Shown in pieces: positions 1-12,306 of a stretch of DNA of 64,000 bases (its first letter is position 1; each line of letters opens with the position of its first letter). Location: positions 620,001-684,000 of the forward strand of contig JAPDFW010000103.1 of assembly GCA_028826165.1 (NCBI GenBank), read 5' to 3'. The translations under genes were made by a program, and so were the position numbers. Source of the stretch: Anaeramoeba ignava BMAN (lineage: Eukaryota > Protista > Anaeramoebae). The notes under the pieces are model-generated. The model was not told the DNA's origin. It saw only the letters and a list, made by a program, of their open reading frames with translations, and searched no databases.

Positions 1-1940
1 ATTTATATTGATATTGATATATTGATATTGATATTTATATTGATATTTATATCTATATTTATATTTATATTTATATTTATATTTATATTGATATTTATAT
101 TGATATTGATATTGATATTGATATTTATATTTATATTGATATTGATATTTTATATTTATATTGATATTGATATTTTGATATTTATATTTTTATTTATTTA
201 TATTGATATTGATATTGATATTGATATTTATATTTATATTTATATTTATATTTATATTTATATTGATATTGATATTGATATTGATATTTTATATTTATAT
301 TGATATTATTGATATTGATATTGATATTGATATTGATATTGATATTTATATTTATATTTATATTTATATTTATATTTATATTTATATTTATATTGATATT
401 GATATTGATATTGATATTGATATTTATATTTATATTTATATTTATATTTATATTTTATATTTATATTGATATTGATATTGATATTGATATTTATATTTAT
501 ATTGATATTTATTTATATTGATATTGATATTTATATTTATATTTATATTAATATTTTATATTTATATTTATATTTATATTGATATTTATATTTATATTGA
601 TATTTTATATTGATATTGATATTTATATTTATATTTATATTTATATTTATATTTATATTTATATTTATATTTTATATTTATATTTTATATTTATATTTAT
701 ATTTTATATTTATATTTATATTTATATTTATATTTATATTTATATTTATATTTATATTGATATTGATATTTATATTGATATTTATATTGATATTTATATT
801 TTTATATTTATATTTTATATTTTATTGATATATTTATATTTATATTTATATTTTATATTTATATTTTATATTTATATTTATTTGATATTGATATTTATAT
901 TGATATTTTATATTTATATTTATATTGATATTTATATTTATATTGATATTTATATTTATATTTGATATTTTATATTTATATTTGATATTTATATTTATAT
1001 TTATATTGATATTTATATTTTATATTGATATTTATATTTATATTTTATTTTTATTTATATTTATATTGATTGATATTGATATTGATATTGATATTGATAT
1101 TTTATATTGATATCGATATTTAAATTGATATTTATATTGATATTTAAATTGATATTTATATTTATATTGATATTTTGATATTGATATTGATATTGATATT
1201 GATATTTATATTTTATATTTATATTGATATTGATATTGATATTTATATTTTATATTTATATTTATATTTATTTTATATTTATATTTATATTTATATTTAT
1301 ATTGATATTTATATTGATATTTATATTTTATATTTTATATTTATATTTATATTTATATTTTATATTTATATTTATATTGATATTGATATTTATATTATAT
1401 TGATATTGATATTAATATTTATATTGATATTTATATTTATATTTATATTTATATTTATATTTATATTTATATTGATATTTATATTTATATTGATATTGAT
1501 ATTGATATTTATATTTATATTGATATTTATATTTATATTGATATTGATATTTATATTGATATATTGATATTGATATTTATATTTATATTGATATTTATAT
1601 TGATATTGATATTGATATTGATATTTATATTTATATTTATATTGATATTGATATTGATATTTATATTTATATTTATATTTATATTGATATTGATATTTAT
1701 TATTGATATTGATATTGATATTTATATTGATATTTATATTTATACTGATATTTATATTGATATTGATATTTATATTTATATTGATATTGATATTTATATT
1801 TATATTGATATTTATATTTATATATTGATATTGATATTGATATTGATATTGATATTGATATTGATATTTATATTTATATTGATATTGATATTGATATTGA
1901 TATTGATATTGATATTTATATTTATATTGATATTGATTTA
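1..1940. repeat. Degenerate hexamer satellite (ATATTT/ATATTG)n, runs off left edge
   Basis: Almost entirely interleaved ATATTT and ATATTG units; the ORFs called here are only [16 protein letters not shown] translations of the repeat. Confidence 0.95.
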
Positions 1941-2061
1941 GATTTTATTATTGATTTTATTATTGGTTTTGAAATGAAGTAAAGAATGAGAAAAAAAAAT
2001 TTTTTAAAAAAAAGTCAAAAATCATTTTTTTTCTTCATTTTAGTTTAAATAAAAAAAAAGT

Positions 2062-3245
2062 ATGGTATCAACAAGTATAGCAATATGTTGTATAGCAGGA
2101 GCTATTTTTGGGATTTTAGGATCAACATCCTTTATAACATCATATATAATTTTACCAGAAATTAGAACAAGATCAAGATTATTTATTTTAACTTTATCAA
2201 TATATAATTTTCTTCTTGGATTATCAGTTTTACTTCCTGGTTATAAATCAAACCAAATTTGTGTTGCTCAATGTTTTTTATCAAATTATGCTTTAGTTAG
2301 TGTTTATTTTTGGATTTTCTTGATTTCTTTGATTTATTATTTACAAATTTGTAGAAATTTTGATATTGAAAATTCTCCTAAATTTTATTGGTTTGCTAAT
2401 TTGATTGTTCAAATTGTTAGTTTGATTATTGGAATTTTAACTATTACTGTTGGAAAAAGAATTAGACAAAATACTTATTGGTATTTTTTCAATTAAAAAA
2501 TAAAATTAAAATTAAAATTAAAATTAAAATTTAAAATTAAAATTAAAATTTAAAATTAAAATTAAAATTAAAATTATAATTAAAATTAAAATTAAAATTA
2601 AAATTTAAATTAAAATTAAAATTAAAATTAAAATCAAAATTAAAATCAAAATTAAATTTAAAATTAAAATTAAAATTAAAATTAAAATTAAAATTAAAAT
2701 TAAAATTAAAATTTAAAATTATTTTGATTTTTAGGTGCTATTTTTCAGAACATTGGCTAATAATAACAGCATATCTTTTCATTCTCTTTTTTTTATTTGG
2801 AGCATTAACATTATATTCAATTGTAGTTCGAAAATTACGAAAAGGAGAAACAAACTATCCAAAATCATTTCAATTTAAAATGTTAACATTAGCATTTGTT
2901 TACATTTTCACAGAATCATGGACAACAGCAAAAAGATTAAGACAAGTAATTGAAGATACAAATAGTTCAAATGCTTTTCTTGATTCAACTCAAGCTTTTT
3001 TTACTCCTTTTATTGGATTTTGGGATTTTATTTTCTTTGTTTTAGGTGATAAATTTGTTCGTTTTTTACTTGCTGCAAAATGTAAATGTAATTGTAAATT
3101 CGTATTTAAATTCAATCAAAATCAAAATCAAAACCAAAATCAATTCAAAATTAATGATTTTAATGATGATATTGATGATGATGATGAAAATCTTGAACAA
3201 CTTATCAGAGAAGAAGAAGAAACTAATTTATTATTAACTAATTAA
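2062..3245 (+). CDS. 7-TM G-protein-coupled receptor, cAMP-receptor (CAR)/GCR1-like; 2 exons (2062-2480, 2735-3245), ~309 aa
   Basis: GT..AG intron 2481-2734 joins in frame to give NTYWCYF (ECL2 WC motif); ICVAQCFL at TM3 start; QAFFTPFIGFWDFIFF at TM7; seven hydrophobic segments. Confidence 0.8.
2500..2720 (+). repeat. (AAAATT)n array inside the GPCR intron
   Basis: Direct hexamer array with occasional AAAATC. Confidence 0.95.
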
Positions 3246-3330
3246 TACAAATTCAAACAGAAATCTATCTTTTGATTTGTTTTTTTTCTCTTTTATTTTT
3301 ATTGGATTTAAATTGAAACTTAAATAAATT

Positions 3331-3365
3331 GTTTTTTTTCATTTTTCATTTTTTTCTTTTCAAAA
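3331..3365 (+). promoter_or_regulatory. Initiator-like TCATTTT motifs in a pyrimidine tract just upstream of ATG (example of a motif recurring before most genes)
   Basis: ttttcatttttcattttttt...caaaaATG; similar motifs precede ATGs at 2062, 5411, 12307, 15222, 17123, 24265 and 27239, and on - at 39590, 42399, 44675, 47292, 49398 and 51294. Confidence 0.5.
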
Positions 3366-5164
3366 ATGAATGAAATTATATTTTTTGGTTATAATGAATA
3401 TCCAATTCTTTTCGAAAATGAATTAGATGAAATAAAAAAACCAATTCAATTTAAATTTAAATTTGAAAATGAAAATGAAAATGAAAATGAAAATGAAAAA
3501 CAAATTAAACAAATTTCATCAGGAGATTTTTCAACAATTTTCCTTTTTAAAAATGGAAAAGCAATAGAATATTTAAAAGAAAATGATTCAAATCAAAATC
3601 CTCAAAAAATCCAAATTGAAGAAAATATTCAAAAAGTATCTGTTGGTTTTAAAAATGAAGCTATTTTAACATCAGAAGGAAATGTATTTGCCAAAGGAAA
3701 AGATATTAATCCAAATAAATTTATCAATATTTCATCATTAATTGAAGATACAAATGATAGAATAATTGAAGATATTGTTTCTGGTTTTAGCTCAATTTAC
3801 TTATTAACTTCAAATCAAAATGTTTATGGAATTGGATCAAATGTTTCTAATCAACTTGGTTTAGATTCTCAAACACTTAAAAAAACACAAAAACCAATTT
3901 TAATAATGAAAAATGTTTCTAAAATATTTTCAGGATTTTCAACATCTGTTTTTCTTTTAAATTTAAATCAAGAATTATTTGGATGTGGTTTAAATAGATA
4001 TGGTAGACTTGGATTAGGAGAATCAAGAAAAGAAGAAATAAAAATCCAAAAATTAGCCAAAATACAAAATATTCCAAAAGGCAAAATAATTGATATTCAA
4101 TCTGGATATTCACATTCAATAATGTTGATTGAAAATGAAAATCAAAATCAAAATCCAAAAAGAAAACTTTATTCATGTGGATATTCTGAATATAATGGAC
4201 TTGGCAAATATGAAAATGCTTATGAATTTACTGAAATCGAATCATCTTTATTTGAAAATGATAATATTCTTGATTTTTCTGTTGGAAGACAACATACTTT
4301 GATTTTAACTTCCAATTCAAAATTAATAGGATTTGGAAGTAATTATTTTGGCCAATTAGGAATTGGAGATACAAAATCTCAATCAACTCCAATTCAAATT
4401 GAACTTCCTAAATTAAGATTTAATGAAGATATTTCCAATTACCATGTTTCTTGTGGATTTAATAATTCATTTCTTTATTATTCTCCTTTTCTTTCTTCTT
4501 TTTCCAATCTTGAAGAAGATTTGATAAAATTATTTGAAAGAAAAGAATTTTGTGATATTTCATTTAAAACCAAAAATGGAGAAATAATTGAAGCTCATAA
4601 ATTAATATTGAAATATAGATTAAATCAAAAAAATCAAAATCAAAATGAAAAACTTCAAGAAATTATTTCAAATAAATCAATTAAAGAATCAAATCAAATA
4701 TTTGAAATGATTTATTCAAACAGAATAATAAATCCAAAATTATATTCTGAAATTAAAGAAATTATAAATTCAAATGAAAAAATAGAAGAAACAATGAAAA
4801 GAATTTAAATGAAAATGAAAATGAAAATGAAAAAGATTTTATTATTGAAAGAAAAGAAAAACAATATAAATTTCCAAAATTAATATTAATAATGAGAAGT
4901 GAATTATATCGAGGAATGTTTTTATCTGTAACAAATGATACTTCAAATAAAGTTACAGATTATAGTGAATTAAGTAATAAATCATTTCAAATATTTGAAT
5001 ATTGGATTTATTCAAATCAAATTAAAGATGAAATTGAAATTACACAAGAAATTATTAATGAACTTGATAGGGGAATTGATTATTTTCAATTAAATCAAAC
5101 AAATCCAAATTTATTTGATTTATTAATTAATAAATTTAATAATCAAAATCAAAATCAAAATTAA
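3366..5164 (+). pseudogene. RCC1-repeat beta-propeller + tandem BTB protein, copy 1; frameshifted near 4805
   Basis: RCC1 blades (GxNxxGQLG, VGRQHT), BTB start (FCDISF..IEAHKLIL) and second BTB-like unit (RSELYRGMF). agaatttaaat here versus agaatttatttaaat in paralogues is a 4-nt loss; could be an assembly error. Confidence 0.8.
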
Positions 5165-5410
5165 AATTAAAATTAAAATTAAAATTAAAATTAAAATTAA
5201 AATTAAAATTAAAATTAAAATCAAAATTAAAATTAAAATTAAAATTAAAATTAAAATTAAACTATGACAGTTTTTTTTTCGTAATTGAAAAACTGAAATA
5301 ATGAAATTATTAATTTGAGTAAAAATAATTATTTTTTTTGAAAGAAAATTTTTTTTTTCATTTTTCGCCTTTTGTTTTAATTTTTATTCTTTAATTTTGA
5401 AAGGAGTTTT

Positions 5411-8400
5411 ATGGCAAATTGTTGTTCTCGTTTCTTTAAAAAAATTAATAAATGGATTGGAAGACCACAAGTACTTGATTTTGTTGGAGATGACGTTATT
5501 TGGAGATCCTTAACAATTATTCTATTTAGTACTTTTTTTCTTTTTACTTTTGGAGTTGCAATTAAATATTTACTTGAAGGATCTGAACTAAATGAAGAAG
5601 AAATTGAAATGAGGTAATTAAATCAAATATTTAAATATTCATTTAATTATTTAATTGAATTCTTCTTTTGTTTTGAATAGTTTGGATTTTTATGATTTCC
5701 CAAATGAAACAACTTTACTTTATTCACAAAATTTTCAAACAAAAGTTTGTTTTGATTTCTTTGATTTTATTTTTTAAAAAATTTAATTTGAATTTTTTCT
5801 TCTAAAATTGATTAGTTAAGAGTTTCTAAAAAATATAAATCTGATGGAATCCCTAATTGTAACATTTCTGCAAAAGCTTTTTCTTTCGATATTCCTGAAG
5901 ACGAAGTAGAGATTCAAGATTCAAGTTTAATTCAACTTCGTGATAATTTAAGAACACAAGTTGAAATTTCAGGAAATATAATTCAATTTTCAGATCAAGA
6001 TGGAATTGCTAAATTTGAAAATCTTTCAATAATAACTGGTTCATCTGAAACTGTGAAATTATTATTTTCTGCTGAATGTGGTTTTCAAGTTGATTTAAAT
6101 TTAATTGGTCCTAGTAAAAATTTTATATTTTTTTGATTTTTTGATTTAAAATTTTTTGGATTTTTGTTTTAGGTAAAAATATTACTTTAGAATCAAATTT
6201 TGATTTAGCTGAAATTCCTTTTCCTTTAACAATGATTTCAAAACGTATTTCAATTTAAAATTGTTTGTTTTTTGTTTTTGATTAATTTTGTTTTTGTTTT
6301 TGTTTTTAGTTGATGATTTTGAAATACTTAATAATGTGAGTTGGGATGCAGATTATATTAATAATAAGACATTAAATTATGGAGAAGAATTGTTGCTTAT
6401 TTTCGATTATTGGATTTTACCAGATTTTGAATATGAAACACTAGAAAATATCCCAGTTACTCTTGTTCCAGGAAATAGAACATGGAGTTGTCCTGAATAT
6501 GAATCTTATTGTAAATTCATTTTTTAATTTGAATTTGGAAATGAAATCAAAAAAGGAATTTTCTTTTTGATAATTCCAAGTTGAAAAATAACAAAGTTAA
6601 ATTCAATCCTTAATTATTAATTTTTATATTTATCTTCTGATAAAATTGTTTAATTTAGTAATCTCAAATTTGGTTTATTTTTTTCAAGATAATGATGGTT
6701 ATTCTTATAGCTATTATATATTTCTTGGATCAACATCAAGAAGAATGATTATTACAGGTTTTGCTCAAGCTCTTCAACTTAGTTATTTGTTTTGGGATGA
6801 TTATGGAGATTTTATTCTTTTTCCTGGTTATTTCATTTTGAATTTTGAAACAAATGGTTTGATTTTTCTTTTTTTAGAAAAGAAATCTCATTTCTAAATA
6901 CAAAAACAAAATTTGAAATTCAAAATAGTTTCCAAAATTGAAATTATTGAAAATGGATCTTTTAGTGTAAAAGAAGGAGAATTATTTTCAAAAACTTGGC
7001 AAATTCTTGTTACAGATAATGCAAGTAATCCTATTCAAAACAAATCTGTTTTTGCAAAAATTTCCAAACAATGTGATATTCTCATTTCAGAAAATCAATC
7101 TCCTATTAAAAATTCCAAAGTTCTTTTAAATCCTATTGCTTTTACAAATGAGTTTGGGATGTATTGTTTAAAAAATCAAATCAATTTTATTCATTTTATT
7201 TATATTTAAATTTAAATTTAAATTTTTTTTTTTGATTTTAATTTAATTTAGAGCAAATTTTTTAGATTTAAAATTTTCAGTTTTAGGATTAACAAGAAAT
7301 AATTGTTCATTTAAAATCAAATTTATTTCAGATGGATTTTCTATTGAAACTGATGATATTCGAGTTAATTCTTCTGTTTATGAAATTATTTGGATTGAAA
7401 AAATGGGAACAATCAATATTAGCGCAGATTTGAAAATTTCAAGTAATGATAAATGGTCTGTAATTCAACTCCAAGATATTTTAGGAAAAGGAATCCCAAA
7501 TAATTTAGTTTCTTTGATTTGTACAGATTTTACGTTTCAACCTTATCAATTTATAACAGATGAGAATGGATTTGCTTCTTTATATTTAAATTTTGCTTTA
7601 ATTCTCCCACAAAATTATTATCAAAATCAAATTTGTCAAGTTATTGCTGATGAAACTAAATCAGAAACAATTGAAATTGAAATTTATTTTTCCTCTAAAA
7701 TAAATCCTTATTCAATTTCCGAAATTAATATAACAAATTGGGATGAGAATATAAAATCAGGAGAATTGATAAATTGGAATATTTCTATCTATAATCATTC
7801 AGGAGATATTTTATATGAAGATTACTATTTAACTGCCTTTGTTAATCCAGGAGATTTGCCAATGGGATTTTTAATTTATCCTGAATCAGGATATTGGGAT
7901 ATTACAAATGGAGAAGGAATGATTGAAACAAGAATTTATGGAATTTCAATGAGAACTGAATTGTGTTTAGTAGTTGGACAATATTATATTCCTGATTTTG
8001 AAAATTATGATTGGAAAGAATGTTTTGAAATGAGTTTATCAAATGATATTGAAGCTGTTCAAATTTCCCATTTTCCAGATCCATATTTTAATTATACACC
8101 TAGTAAACCTTTTGGGAATGAATCAATCAAATTAAGTGTAGCAGGAAATAATATTTCTGAAAGTAATTTAACTGTTCATATTCTTGCTTTGAATTCATAT
8201 GATTATTATGGTCAACTTTTTGGAAATTCAAGTCAAAGAACAAAAAATGGAACAAATCATTTATTTGAATCTACTTATCAATTAAATGGACAAGGTTTGG
8301 ATTTTTATTTTTATTTTTATTTAAAGAAAAATAAGAATGAATTGAAATATATTTTTTTTGTGATTTAGATGAATTAATTTTAGATGATTTCGTGATAAAT

Positions 8401-11400
8401 GAGCAATCTGATTTTGATGAAAATGAGAATTATTGGAGTGATCTTGTTCCTTTTAGTTTGATGATTTTTGTAAATGGAGTTCCTGCAAATTCACAAATAG
8501 ATGTTTGTGTTTGTCAACCTCCGATAGATCTGTATTATTATTGGTATTGGAATGACTCAATTCCTTTAAAATCAGGTTATAATCAAATTGATGCTGAACA
8601 CCAACCTATTTTTCAGCTTCTCGATGAAAACGATCAACCACTTCAAGGATACTATGTTTATATTTCTATTGGTGATTGGATTGCAGAGGTTATTGATCAA
8701 GATGCGCAAGAAATAGATGAAAATCAAAAATCAGGATCATTGACAAATTTTGTAAGAAGTATTTCTCCAACTAACGAAACTGGATATACTACTTGGAATT
8801 TAGCTTTTCTTTATATTTACTTTACTGAAACTTTGGAATTCAGTTTTAATCTCCATAACTGTGAAGGATGGCTATATGCATATCAAGAAGTTAATGTTCA
8901 AATTGAGGAAGTTGATTTGAGAATATTTGATATTCCTTCTCAGGTTTTTGGTGGTCAAGTATTTGATGTTTCTCCAATAGTTATTGTTTATGATAAGAAT
9001 TCAAATCAACCCATCCCAAATAAGTATGTTTTATTGTATATGTGGGATGAAGGCTATACCGATTGGTATCATTTCGAATTTGCAAAAACAGATGAAAAAG
9101 GATTGGCAACATTTTCTTCTTTGATGGTGCCTCGAGAAATGAAATTGATAGAAATTACTCAAATCGAAATTTATTTTGAATGTGATGAATATTCCTCTGA
9201 ATATATGCAAGTAGAAGTCATTTCAAAACCAACTCATCTTTTTATCCAAAATCCTCCAACTAATAACTCAAAAATTGGATATCCTTTTCTTCTTCCAAAA
9301 CAAACAATGGAAATAAATGGGAAAAGTTATATTGGATCTGCTATTGTCCAACTTTTTGCATTCTCAAATCCAGTTTCAGGAAAAATCATCACAGCTGATG
9401 CAATTCCTCAAAATTCAGGAACTGGGAATTTAGATCCTGGAACATCATTTGAAACAACTGATGAAAATGGGATTGCTGTTTTTGATCTTCGAATGGAATC
9501 TGGTGAAAGTGGTGATTATATTTTTGAATTTTCTTTTGATGAACTTAATGCTGAAACTGATCCCATTTATTTGGTAAATCCTGTGAAAAATGTAACTGTT
9601 CAATACTCTAGTTTCCCAAATACAATTTCACAAACATTTTCAGTCACAGTTACAGTGAGTTTTGAAGAAGAAATTGATAAAAACATTTCTTTTCCAATCG
9701 AGATAATAACAAAATGCGCAGAAGCTTCTGTTACAAATGATAGTCTTGTTACAGATCTTGGAGGAAAACGAACATTGAATTCTGTGATGTTTTACGACAT
9801 TTCTGGTGTTCCTGAATGCAGAGATGAAGAGGGAAATGTAAAGGCAGATATTGCTTTCTCAGTTTTAGGAATTCAGTCAAATTTTCAACGAGTTATGCTC
9901 AAACCTCCTAATCAGATAGTTTTCACTAAAGCACTTGATTCTCTGAAAGAATCTGTTATCTTTTGGATTGTTAGTACTTGTCTTATTGTTCCTTTCTTCT
10001 TGAATTCTCCCAAAAAACATAATTTACTCACATTTATAATTACGTTTGGATTAATTGTGACTTTCGTTGTTTTGCTTCCTGGTTTGATTCCAAAAACCAA
10101 AAAAAATGATTCGAGTCAAATCATAGCTTTAGCTATTTTGGAGGGTGTTTTTGTCGCTGTTGCTCTATTCCTTTTGTTTGTTTTGATTTTAGCACGAATT
10201 TTCCCCAAATTGAGAATATGGATTGATGATACTTTTTTTGTTCATCAAAGAATTTCAAGTTATTTTTCTCTTTTCAGAAGATTACTTCCAATAGGAGGAA
10301 AAACATGTTTGAAAATGAGGGAAATTGAAAATCAACTTTTTAGAAATAAAAAGGATATTACATCAAGTGATAGTGATGATTTTGATGATATTTTGGATGA
10401 AAATACTGATCCCAAAAATGATTCCAAAATTAATGCAAATGTGGATCTTAACCAAGAACAAAAAGAAGTGAAATTTGGGGAATCAGATGATGGAATTGAA
10501 TTGGAAACTGATTCATCAATGGAAATAAATCTTGATGAAAATGAAAATGAAAAGAAAAAGAAAAAGAAAAAATCAAAACCAAAAAAAAACAAAGAAATCC
10601 AAATCCAAATTGAAAAAGAAAAGAAGGTCCAACAGAAAAAAATTTGGAGGCAAAGTATGAGAACCAAAAAAATATCTGAATTATCACAGAAAGAAGTGGA
10701 AATGGTTCTCAAAAGATCAACACGAAATTTCGAAAAGCATCAACTTATGAAAGAGTTAATGCTGCATAAAAACAGGGAAAAATGGGAAAAAAAGAAAGAA
10801 AAGAAGAGTAAATGCTCTATTTTTTGGCATTGGATTGGAAGATTATTGAAGAAATTGTTGAAAAAAATCAAAGTTAAATTTCATCACAAAAAGAATCCTC
10901 ATAAAGAATTTGAGACTTACTTTGATTTCTATTATCCTCAAAGAATGCTTACTGCTTTTTGGCTTTGGATTGTATTGGTTATCTTATTGATTTTACTTTT
11001 CACAAAATTAATCAGAAGCGCGTATTCACTAGTACAATTCTCTCGACAACAAACCATTGGAGATATTGGATATAGTCAATGTTTCAACAATAAACCGACT
11101 ATGAGCAATTATACTGATTACATTTCAATTTATGGAGTTGAATTGATTCAGCAAATTGATAAGAGTTTCACAGAAGATCGAGACCCTCTTGACAATCCGA
11201 TTTCAAAATACATATATTCCTTTTCAAGAGAGAAAATCAACACAATTCTTAATGCAGTTTCAGTTATTTCAGGAGTTGCTGTTTTATTCGCATTTGGCAT
11301 TCTTCTTTTACTTTGGAGATCAATTTTCAAATTGTATCGGAAAAGAATAATGCTTTTAAGACAAGGAAAGAAACCTTTTAAGGGATATGGATCAGTTGAT

Positions 11401-12246
11401 CCAATACAAGTCACATCCTATACAAATTTACAAGTTTGGGTTGGAGTAATTGCTTTTCTTTTTGTTTGGGTTTTTGTTTTCCTTGTATTGTTTATCATTC
11501 CAGCAATTTATTGGTTAATTTCAAAAAAATTTCTTTATGATGTTCTTCTTTATGTTTTGATTTTCTTTATTCTTGTTTTTGTTTATCAAATCTTGTTTGG
11601 GATTGTTGTTACAAAATTGATGAAAAAATATGCCACTGAAAGAAAAACAATAATTAATCGTACAATTTTCTCCATCTATGATTTCATCAAATTTTTCATG
11701 ACCATTTTCTCATCAGCAACAGAAGCAGTGAAAAAATTACTAGGAACAACAGGAGTTTCAATTTCATCTCTTTTCCGATTAGATGATCCAAAATCCTATG
11801 ATGAATCATACGCAGCAATGATGGCTATTGATCATAAAACAAACAATCCTATTTTAAGAGTTTTTGCTAATTTCTTAAAGAATTTCATTGCTTATAGAAA
11901 CAAAATGGTTCAAGAAATTTTCGCCAACAAAAAGGATGTTACAGATGAAGAATTATCAATGGCTATTTCTTATATGGATCGTCATGCTATTACTGGAGAA
12001 TTAATTATTCAAGAAAAAATGAGAAGGAAATTTTTGCTTCTTCTGACTCTTTATGCAAACAAAAGTTTAAGAAAAAATCGACAAGATGTGATTGGATTCA
12101 AAAATAAAAGAAAAAGTTTTTTTACTCAAAAAGAAATGAAGATTTGGAAACTGATCGAAGATTCCAAAAAGGACGATGATTCTATTGAATTGTTAGACAA
12201 TCAAATTAATTCTCCTTTACTTCGTAATGAAGATAATTGGAATTAA
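5411..12246 (+). CDS. Large membrane protein: N-terminal TM, repeated Ig-like (invasin/Big_1-type) modules, C-terminal STRA6/RBP-receptor-like multi-TM domain; 9 exons, ~2,062 aa
   Basis: Exons 5411-5613, 5681-5744, 5816-6113, 6173-6244, 6310-6510, 6659-6856, 6929-7160, 7252-8294 and 8369-12246 all join at GT..AG in frame (6189 nt). Repeated T-D-x-x-G-x-A motifs. C-terminal motifs YRKRIMLLRQG, INRTIFSIYDFIKFF, IDHKTNNPILRVF and RRKFLLLLTLYANKSL parallel STRA6. Confidence 0.75.
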
Positions 12247-12306
12247 TCCAAAAAATAAAAATTAAAATTTCAAAAAATATTTTTTTCATTTTTTTCTTTT
12301 CCAAAA

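Noticed and set aside
22-1941. Hydrophobic [12 protein letters not shown] ORFs
   Set aside because: Translations of a stop-poor hexamer repeat; no coding complexity.
9912-11414. Antisense and alternative-frame ORFs over long genes (also 3919, 7902, 20215, 26180, 40426, 48570, 54014, 62980)
   Set aside because: Shadows of biased codon usage and low-complexity tracts; no independent motifs.
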